Shown: positions 16,912 to 22,338 of the stretch, in pieces
How positions within the stretch are numbered: position 1 is the stretch's first letter
How the letters are laid out: each line of letters opens with the position of its first letter
Origin: Acidimicrobiia bacterium
GTDB lineage: Bacteria; Actinomycetota; Acidimicrobiia; Acidimicrobiales; Bin134
Reading direction: 5' to 3'
NCBI GenBank assembly: GCA_022827405.1
Contig: JAJDTA010000212.1
Span: forward strand, 23,910-47,909
DNA length: 24,000 nt
Translations under genes and position numbers: made by a program
Notes under the pieces: generated by a model
What the model saw: only the letters and a program-made list of their open reading frames with translations
Database searches by the model: none
Told to the model about the DNA's origin: nothing

Positions 16912-18480
16912 CTACCCGATGTTCTTGTCCTGGCCTTCCCAGTACGGCGCTCGCAGTTCCCGCTTGAGCACCTTCATGGCCCCGGACAGGGGCAGGGGCT
17001 CAGCCCGGAACTCCACCGACTTGGGCACCTTGTAGCCCGCGATGGTCTGGCGAGCGTGCTCGCAGACCTCCTCTTCGGTCAGCTCGTGGTCGGGCGTGGG
17101 AACCACCACCGCGTGGACCGCCTCCCCCCATACCGGGTCGGGAATCCCGATCACCGCCACTTGGGCCACACCGGGATGGGTGGAGATGGCGCTCTCCACC
17201 TCTGAGGAGTACACGTTCTCGCCGCCCGAGACGATCATGTCCTTCACCCGGTCGACCAAGAACAGATAGCCCTCTTCGTCGAGGTAGCCGGCATCGCCGG
17301 TGTGATACCAGCCGTCCCGGAACACCTCGGCGGTGGCCTCGGGCTTGTTCCAGTACTCCCGCATGTAGTTGCCGCCCCGGGCGCACACCTCGCCGATCTC
17401 GCCGGTGGGCAGCACGTTGCCGTCTTCGTCTTGGATGCAGAGGTTCACGCCGATCACCGAGCGGCCCACCGACCGCAGCCGAGGGCCGCCGGCCGAATGG
17501 TCTTCAGCCGAGAGAAACGTGAGCACCGACGAGCACTCGGTCATGCCGTAGCCCTGGAGCAGGTTCACGTCGGGCAGGTGCTCCAGCAGATGGCTCAAGA
17601 TGGCCTCGGGCATCGGAGAGGCGCCGTACACCAGCTCTCGCAGCGACGCCAGCCGCTCGGGCCGGTATTCGGGGTGCTGGATGCACAGGCCGATCATGGT
17701 GGGCACCATCACCGTTTGAGTGATGCCCTCGGCCTCGATGAGGTTCATCACCCCGGCGGGATCGAAGGCGGGAATGGTCACCATCTTGGAGCCGGCGGCC
17801 GGAATCACCAGCAAGCTGGCCATGGATGCAGCGTGGAACAGCGGCGTCTGGCTCAAGAACACGTCGTCGTCTCTCGTGCCTCCCAGCCCGATGGCCACGT
17901 GGTACACGTTGAGCATCTCGGCCCGCTGCTGGAGCAGCACCCCCTTGGGCAGGCCGGTGGTGCCGCCGGTGTACATGAGCACGACCGGGTCTTCTTCTTC
18001 GGGCTCGGGCGGCGTGGTATTGGCGCCGGCGGCCACCAGATCTTCGTAGGCCACATCGTGGGGCACGTCGCCTGAGCCGATGAGCACCACTTGGCGGATC
18101 GGGTTGTCGTCTGCGGCCTCCATGGCCTGGGCAAACAGCCCGGCGAAGAAGGCGTCAACAAAGACCACCTCGGTACCCGAGTCCCGCACGATGTATTCCA
18201 GTTCGGGACCGGCCAGCCGCAAGTTCAGCGGATTCACGATCCCGGCACCCAGGTAGCAGGCGTGGTACAGCTCCAGGTAGGACGCGCTGTTGAGGGCCAT
18301 GATGGCCACCCGGTCGCCCTTCTTCACCCCGAGCTCGCTCCCCATGGCATTGGCCAGCCGAGTAACCCGCTCGCCGTGGGTGGCGAAGTCGGTCCGGTAG
18401 GCACCGTCGACGATTGCCTCTCTGTTGGCGTACCGCTCCACTGCCGGGTAGAACAGCCGGTGATAGATCAGCTCTTTCAT
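16912..18480 (-). CDS. AMP-dependent acyl-CoA synthetase/ligase (FadD-like)
   Basis: ATG at 18480 gives MKELIYHRLFYPAVERYANREAIV.... AMP-binding motifs present are YTGGTTGLPKGV, GYGMTE and YHTGDAGYLDEEGYLFLVDRVKDMIVSGGENVYSSEVE. The 58 codons upstream in the track ORF are not protein-like. Confidence 0.9.
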   Translation of the reverse strand: MKELIYHRLFYPAVERYANREAIVDGAYRTDFATHGERVTRLANAMGSELGVKKGDRVAIMALNSASYLELYHACYLGAGIVNPLNLRLAGPELEYIVRDSGTEVVFVDAFFAGLFAQAMEAADDNPIRQVVLIGSGDVPHDVAYEDLVAAGANTTPPEPEEEDPVVLMYTGGTTGLPKGVLLQQRAEMLNVYHVAIGLGGTRDDDVFLSQTPLFHAASMASLLVIPAAGSKMVTIPAFDPAGVMNLIEAEGITQTVMVPTMIGLCIQHPEYRPERLASLRELVYGASPMPEAILSHLLEHLPDVNLLQGYGMTECSSVLTFLSAEDHSAGGPRLRSVGRSVIGVNLCIQDEDGNVLPTGEIGEVCARGGNYMREYWNKPEATAEVFRDGWYHTGDAGYLDEEGYLFLVDRVKDMIVSGGENVYSSEVESAISTHPGVAQVAVIGIPDPVWGEAVHAVVVPTPDHELTEEEVCEHARQTIAGYKVPKSVEFRAEPLPLSGAMKVLKRELRAPYWEGQDKNIG

Positions 18481-18534
18481 GAGCGCAACCGTAGCGCGAC
18501 GCAGGGTGGGCCGGAGCGGGTCGAAGGAGGCGAG

Positions 18535-19023
18535 ATGGACGTCGAAACCACAGTGCGATGGCTGAAGGATCGGGAGCTGATCAAGGAGGTTCCCCAGCGG
18601 TACGCCCGGGGAATCGATCGCATCGATTTCGACCTGGTGCGGTCTGCATTCCACCCCGACTGCCAGATCTCCGGGACGGTGATCTCAGGAGATCTCGATC
18701 CCTACCTCGACTGGACCGAAAAGGAGCTGCACAAGTTCGAGGCCACTCTGCACTTCATGGGCAACCAGTACATCGACTTGGAAGAGGGCGCCGACGAGGG
18801 CCATATCGAGACCTGGGCAGTGGCCTACCACATGCGCCCGGAGGACTCAGACGTGGGCGACCTCATCTTGGGCCTGCACTACTGCGACGACGTGGCCCGC
18901 TTCGACGACCGCTGGCTCATCACCGCCCGCACCGCCCGACCCCAATGGGCCCGCGGCGCCTTCCCCGCCCCACCTGAAGAGCTCAAAAGCACCTGGCACG
19001 ACGTGGATATCCGCCACGTGTGA
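18535..19023 (+). CDS. SnoaL-like / NTF2-fold family protein
   Basis: ATG at 18535 is preceded by a strong SD, GAAGGAGG (18522-18529). The 162-aa product reads DRELIKEVPQRYARGIDRIDFDLVRSAFHPDC...GHIETWAVAYH...RFDDRWLI, typical of SnoaL_4-type proteins. The last 10 codons plus the stop form repeat copy A. Confidence 0.8.
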   Translation: MDVETTVRWLKDRELIKEVPQRYARGIDRIDFDLVRSAFHPDCQISGTVISGDLDPYLDWTEKELHKFEATLHFMGNQYIDLEEGADEGHIETWAVAYHMRPEDSDVGDLILGLHYCDDVARFDDRWLITARTARPQWARGAFPAPPEELKSTWHDVDIRHV

Positions 19024-19041
19024 CCGAATGGCGGCGGCCAT
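18994..19041 (+). repeat. Recombination-core-like direct repeat, copy A (3' end of SnoaL-like gene)
   Basis: The sequence is tggcacgacgtggatatccgccacgtgtgaccgaatggcggcggccat. Its internal architecture is CACGACGTGG (18997-19006), ATATCCG (19007-19013) and CCACGTGTG (19014-19022). The arms are inverted repeats differing by one extra base. Confidence 0.85.
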
Positions 19042-19058
19042 CGGGAGGCCCAGTCAAA

Positions 19059-19086
19059 TTGGCATAGGTTATGCCATGCCTATGAT
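19059..19086 (+). promoter_or_regulatory. Candidate promoter with overlapping palindromic operator for vapBC module 1
   Basis: TTGGCA (19059-19064), a 16-nt spacer, then TATGAT (19081-19086). The perfect palindrome GGCATA-GGT-TATGCC (19061-19075) and a further CCTATG half-site (19079-19084) sit between them. The region lies 15-24 nt upstream of the antitoxin start candidates. Confidence 0.45.
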
Positions 19087-19100
19087 GCTATCTTGGTGTT

Positions 19101-19349
19101 GTGCGGACGATGATCATCCTTCCCGACCACCACCACGCTGAGGCCAAGCGCAAGGCCGCCCACGAGGGCATCTCGCTGTCGGAGTACATCCGCCGCCTGG
19201 TGGCCGACGACTTGGACCGGGCCAGCGCCGCGGCTGACCCCTCGATCGTGTTCGGGCTGTTCGACAGCGGAGGATCGAGGATCGCCAACGGAAAACAGGC
19301 CATGATCAGCGAGGCCATCGACAAGCAGTTCGCCGCCAAGGGCCTCTGA
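19101..19349 (+). CDS. vapB: Ribbon-helix-helix (CopG/Arc-type) antitoxin
   Basis: The 82-codon ORF starts at GTG 19101 or ATG 19110. IILPDHHHAEAKRKAAHEGISLSEYIRRLVADDL fits an RHH beta-strand plus helix pattern. The PIN gene follows 3 nt after its stop. Confidence 0.8.
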   Translation: MRTMIILPDHHHAEAKRKAAHEGISLSEYIRRLVADDLDRASAAADPSIVFGLFDSGGSRIANGKQAMISEAIDKQFAAKGL

Positions 19350-19352
19350 GCA

Positions 19353-19772
19353 GTGGCTCCGGTCTTCGTCGACACCAGCATCTGGTACGCCGCGGCCGAC
19401 GCCGGCGATGCCCACCGAGACGTCGCCCAGTCGCTGTTGGCCGAACGCGCCGGGGATCTCGTCACCAGCGACGTCGTGCTGGCCGAGTTGTGGAACCTGG
19501 TGACCGCCCGCACCAACCACGCATTGGCAAATCGCACAGTGGCCGCCATCGCCTCCGGCGTCGCCCGAATCGAATGCACAACCCCAGCCGACTTCGAAGC
19601 GGCCCAAGCAATGCTGGCCGACTACCCCGACCAATCGTTCTCCCTCACCGACCGCACAAGCTGGGCCCTCATGGAGCGCCTCGCCATCACCCAAGCACTC
19701 GCCTTCGACACCGACTTCCGCATCCACCGCTACGGCCCCCACAAAACCCAAGCCTTCACAGTCCACCCCTAG
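19353..19772 (+). CDS. vapC: PIN-domain toxin (VapC family)
   Basis: 139 aa. VFVDTSIWYAAAD (first acidic residue), VTSDVVLAELWN, SFSLTDRTSWALM and ALAFDTDF match the four conserved PIN acidic/polar positions. Confidence 0.85.
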   Translation: MAPVFVDTSIWYAAADAGDAHRDVAQSLLAERAGDLVTSDVVLAELWNLVTARTNHALANRTVAAIASGVARIECTTPADFEAAQAMLADYPDQSFSLTDRTSWALMERLAITQALAFDTDFRIHRYGPHKTQAFTVHP

Positions 19773-19789
19773 CGGCCATTGCCCACGTT

Positions 19790-19823
19790 TGGCACGACGT
19801 GGACATCCGTTACGTGTGACCGA
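19790..19823 (+). repeat. Recombination-core-like direct repeat, copy B
   Basis: tggcacgacgtggacatccgttacgtgtgaccga is 31/34 identical to copy A. It lies 17 nt after the vapC stop. Read in frame it mimics the SnoaL gene tail (WHDVDIRYV-stop versus WHDVDIRHV-stop). Confidence 0.85.
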
Positions 19824-19831
19824 TTCGCTGG

Positions 19832-19987
19832 TCAGAGTCCGAGCAGGTCGGCGATGAGCTCTCGGATCTGCTGCAATGCGACGGATCCGACGTTCGTGTT
19901 CGTCGTCTCGACGACGCGGTCGACGCTGATGGTGGTCGGCAGGTGTGCTTGGGCCACACCGAATCCGGTGACATCAACCTCGCTCAA
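19832..19987 (-). CDS. Hypothetical small protein (51 aa), divergent from the ATPase gene
   Basis: In-frame TTG at 19987 lies 6 nt downstream of a perfect AGGAGG (19994-19999, minus strand). About 80% of third codon positions are G/C. No recognisable domain (MSEVDVTGFGVAQAHLPTTISVDRVVETTNTNVGSVALQQIRELIADLLGL). The track ORF extends to 20017. Confidence 0.35.
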   Translation of the reverse strand: MSEVDVTGFGVAQAHLPTTISVDRVVETTNTNVGSVALQQIRELIADLLGL

Positions 19988-20021
19988 CCATCCCCTCCTG
20001 TTGGTAGTGCAGGGCACAACT

Positions 20022-20112
20022 GCGATTTCAGGAAATCGCGGCTGAACACCTCAGGATTACGCGACTGTAAATGCAATAATTTCGTGATTGAGTAGTCAAT
20101 AATTCCGCGATT
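20022..20112. promoter_or_regulatory. AT-rich divergent control region with palindrome and iteron-like repeats
   Basis: Palindrome GCGATTTC-AG-GAAATCGC lies at 20022-20039. The 16-bp direct repeats CAATAATTTCGTGATT (20074-20089) and CAATAATTCCGCGATT (20097-20112) are 14/16 identical and 23 bp apart. All contain CG[CT]GATT. In 20041-20120, 35 of 80 bases are G/C, far below the surrounding DNA. Confidence 0.45.
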
Positions 20113-20154
20113 AGGGGCTGCCGTGTTGCGTATTGGCAGCTAGGGTGGTTGAGA

Positions 20155-21432
20155 ATGGATGATCGACTGACTCCGGCCGGTTACCGGCCTCGGGTGGTGG
20201 ACGCAGAGGTGGATGGGGCGCTGCGGGCCTCATCTGCGGTGGTCATCGAGGGGCCGCGGGCGTGCGGCAAGACGTGGACCGGCCGACGCCATTCCCGCAG
20301 CGAGGTGCCGTTCGACGCGGTGTTCGAGAACCGTTTGGCGGCCCAGATCTCCCCCCAGGAACTCCTGGAGGGGCCGGTGCCCCGCTTGTTGGACGAATGG
20401 CAGCTCGCCCCCGATGTGTGGGATGCCATGCGCCGGGCCTGCGACGACCGGGGCGAGAAAGGCCAGTTCATCTTGACCGGATCGGCCAACCCGCCAGATG
20501 ACGCCACCCGCCATACCGGCACGGGCCGGATCATCCGGGTGAAAATGCGCCCGATGAGCCTGCACGAGAGCGGGGAGTCGAGCGGAAACGTCTCCCTTGG
20601 CGGGCTGTTGGCCTCTGAGCCGTGCTCGGCGCCAGCGCCAGGCCTCACGCTTCCCGACATCGTCGGCCTGACCTGCAGAGGGGGGTGGCCAGGTCTGTTG
20701 GGCGATTCGCCAGTAGCGGCCCAAAGGCAGCTTCGCAGCTATTTGGACGAGACAAGCCGCACCGATATCTCCCGTGTCGACGGCATTGCCCGCGACCCCC
20801 AAGGAGTGCGCCGCCTACTCACCTCTCTCGGGCGGAACACCTCTACCAACGTGACGTTCAAGACGCTGGGCGAGGACGCGGGCGGTAATGGCCAGACCCT
20901 GCACCCCCAGACAGTAAAGAGCTACCTAGCCGCTCTGGCCCGGTTGTTCATTACCGATGAGCTTCCGGCGTGGAGACCGCACCTGAGGTCCCGGGCCGAG
21001 CTCCGCAAAACGCCCAAGCGCTACTTCGCCGACCCATCTTTGGCCGTTGCCGCCCTGCGGACCAACCAGGAACAGCTCATGGAGGAGCTGAGCTTCTTCG
21101 GGCTGCTCTTCGAGTCGCTGGTGCTGCGCGACCTGAGGATCTACGCCCAGGCCAACGACTGGGAGCTGTCCCACTACCACGACAGCTCCGGGCTGGAAGT
21201 GGACCTGATCCTCACCAGCATGGACAACCGCAGATGGGCAGCAGCCGAAGTGAAGCTCGGCGGCGACAAGCTCGTCGAAGAAGGCGTCCAGTCACTACGC
21301 CGACTGCGAGACCGCATAGACACCAACCAGATGAGCGACCCTGCCAAACTCATGGTCATCACCGCCGGCGGCTACGGCTTCGAGTACCCCGACGGCATTG
21401 CCGTCGTCCCCATAACCGCCCTCGGCCCCTAG
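20155..21432 (+). CDS. AAA (AAA_14-type) ATPase with DUF4143 / PD-(D/E)xK-like C-terminal domain
   Basis: ATG is at 20155 (track start TTG 20149). Walker A is EGPRACGKTW and the Walker B-like block is PRLLDEWQ. The central YFADPSLAVAAL block is typical of DUF4143. The C-terminus GLEVDLIL...AAEVKLG gives a D...(D/E)xK nuclease-like motif. Confidence 0.85.
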   Translation: MDDRLTPAGYRPRVVDAEVDGALRASSAVVIEGPRACGKTWTGRRHSRSEVPFDAVFENRLAAQISPQELLEGPVPRLLDEWQLAPDVWDAMRRACDDRGEKGQFILTGSANPPDDATRHTGTGRIIRVKMRPMSLHESGESSGNVSLGGLLASEPCSAPAPGLTLPDIVGLTCRGGWPGLLGDSPVAAQRQLRSYLDETSRTDISRVDGIARDPQGVRRLLTSLGRNTSTNVTFKTLGEDAGGNGQTLHPQTVKSYLAALARLFITDELPAWRPHLRSRAELRKTPKRYFADPSLAVAALRTNQEQLMEELSFFGLLFESLVLRDLRIYAQANDWELSHYHDSSGLEVDLILTSMDNRRWAAAEVKLGGDKLVEEGVQSLRRLRDRIDTNQMSDPAKLMVITAGGYGFEYPDGIAVVPITALGP

Positions 21433-21466
21433 CCTGATACCCCCTCCCCCAGCGCTGCGCAGCGAC

Positions 21467-21514
21467 AGACGCGACTTGGACATCCGCCGCGGGTGATCGA
21501 ATGGCGATGGTCAT
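21467..21514 (+). repeat. Recombination-core-like direct repeat, copy C (degenerate)
   Basis: agacgcgacttggacatccgccgcgggtgatcgaatggcgatggtcat matches copy A at 37/48 positions in a gapless alignment. The central ACATCCG is retained. Similarity to A extends further 3' (cgaatggcg..gg.cat) than in copy B. Confidence 0.7.
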
Positions 21515-21544
21515 GCAGATTGCATGTAAGTATGCTTAATGCAT
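21513..21544 (+). promoter_or_regulatory. Operator-like palindrome cluster upstream of the second RHH-PIN module
   Basis: The sequence ATGCA-gat-TGCAT-gtaagt-ATGC-ttaat-GCAT holds two adjacent palindromes built from ATGC/GCAT half-sites in an AT-rich stretch that abuts the ATG at 21543. I could not place the -35/-10 hexamers confidently. Confidence 0.4.
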
Positions 21545-21770
21545 GGCTTCGCTTCAGATCCGCAACGTTCCCGACGATCTCCACCGCCGCCTGAAGGCCC
21601 GCGCCGCCCTTGAAGGGCGGTCGCTGTCGGAGTATGCGCTGGCCGAGCTGCGCCGGGCCATGCAGCGGCCCACAAGGCGCGAGCTGGTGGAGCGGGTGGC
21701 CGCATTCGAGCGCACCACCCTCACCGAGTCGTCCGCCGACGCGGTGCGCGCTGAGCGCGACGCGAGGTGA
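21543..21770 (+). CDS. FitA/VapB-like ribbon-helix-helix antitoxin
   Basis: 75 aa. MASLQIRNVPDDLHRRLKARAALEGRSLSEYALAELRRAM is the canonical FitA-like RHH N-terminus. Its stop overlaps the GTG of the PIN gene (GTGA at 21767-21770). Confidence 0.85.
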   Translation: MASLQIRNVPDDLHRRLKARAALEGRSLSEYALAELRRAMQRPTRRELVERVAAFERTTLTESSADAVRAERDAR

Positions 21771-22180
21771 TCGTCCTCGACTCCTCCGCGGTGGTGGAGT
21801 GGCTGCTGGGCCTTCCCCTCGCCGACGAAGTGGCCGACCGGATCATGGCCGCCGACTCCCTCCACGTTCCCGCTCTGTTGGATGTGGAAGTGGCCCAAGT
21901 GGTCCGCCGCTACGCCGCCGCCGGCGAGATCACCGCACAAATCGGCGAGCGAGCCCTCAGAGCACTCGCCGAACTCGACGCCGTGCGCTACACCCACGAA
22001 CTGCTACTCCCCTTGATCTGGAAACTCCGAGACAACCTCACCGCCTACGACGCCGCATTCGCAGCCCTAGCCGCCACCCTCAAGGCCCCCCTGGTAACCC
22101 TCGACACCCGCCTAGCCCGGGCCATTGCGGCCGAGATATCCAACCAACCGATCACAGTCGACCTGATAACGGGCCACTAG
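21767..22180 (+). CDS. vapC: PIN-domain toxin (VapC/FitB-like)
   Basis: 137 aa. The PIN acidic positions are IVLDSSAVVEWL, LLDVEVAQV, LTAYDAAFAALA and LVTLDTRLA. It overlaps the antitoxin gene by 4 nt. Confidence 0.85.
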   Translation: MIVLDSSAVVEWLLGLPLADEVADRIMAADSLHVPALLDVEVAQVVRRYAAAGEITAQIGERALRALAELDAVRYTHELLLPLIWKLRDNLTAYDAAFAALAATLKAPLVTLDTRLARAIAAEISNQPITVDLITGH

Positions 22181-22182
22181 CT

Positions 22183-22245
22183 GCCGCCCAAGCAATGCTG
22201 GCCGACTACCCCAACCAGTCGTTCTCCCTCACCGGGGGCCCTAGT
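22183..22245 (+). pseudogene. Remnant of a vapC (module-1-like) PIN gene
   Basis: 22183-22234 is 49/52 identical to 19599-19650, which lies inside the module-1 vapC. It encodes AAQAMLADYPNQSFSLTG versus AAQAMLADYPDQSFSLTD. After a 12-nt gap relative to vapC it continues with gggccct, then decays. It has no start codon, no 5' two-thirds and no partner antitoxin. Confidence 0.65.
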
Positions 22246-22338
22246 CGGCCCATCCGCCCCACCAGCAGCGCCGATAATCGAGTATCTTCATGTCACACTC
22301 GTTTCATGCCTAAGCTGGCCGAGCACGCTAGTTAAAAG

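Larger units (their letters stand above)
19024..22338. mobile_element. Putative integrated accessory cassette array (3 modules, no recombinase gene in window)
   Basis: The region is partitioned by repeat copies A, B and C. Every module carries its own promoter/operator-like region. Content is TA modules, an ATPase-nuclease-like gene and a PIN gene remnant. The distal boundary is not defined. Confidence 0.45.

Noticed and set aside
18091-18534. N-terminal 148 codons of the 310-aa ORF 18091..19023
   Set aside because: It is antisense to the acyl-CoA synthetase 5' region. The SnoaL-like domain begins at ATG 18535, which has a strong GAAGGAGG SD.
19779-20045. 88-aa plus-strand ORF across repeat copy B and the small-ORF region
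   Set aside because: It starts at TTG inside the inter-cassette repeat and has no SD. Its Thr/Ser/Cys/Arg-rich sequence is unlike a folded protein. The opposite-strand ORF has a perfect AGGAGG SD.
21610-22335. 241-aa plus-strand ORF spanning both genes of the second TA module
   Set aside because: It is out of frame with the clearly recognisable RHH and PIN proteins and has Arg/Pro/Ser-rich composition. It is noteworthy only because its tail reads through the PIN remnant in the remnant's native frame.
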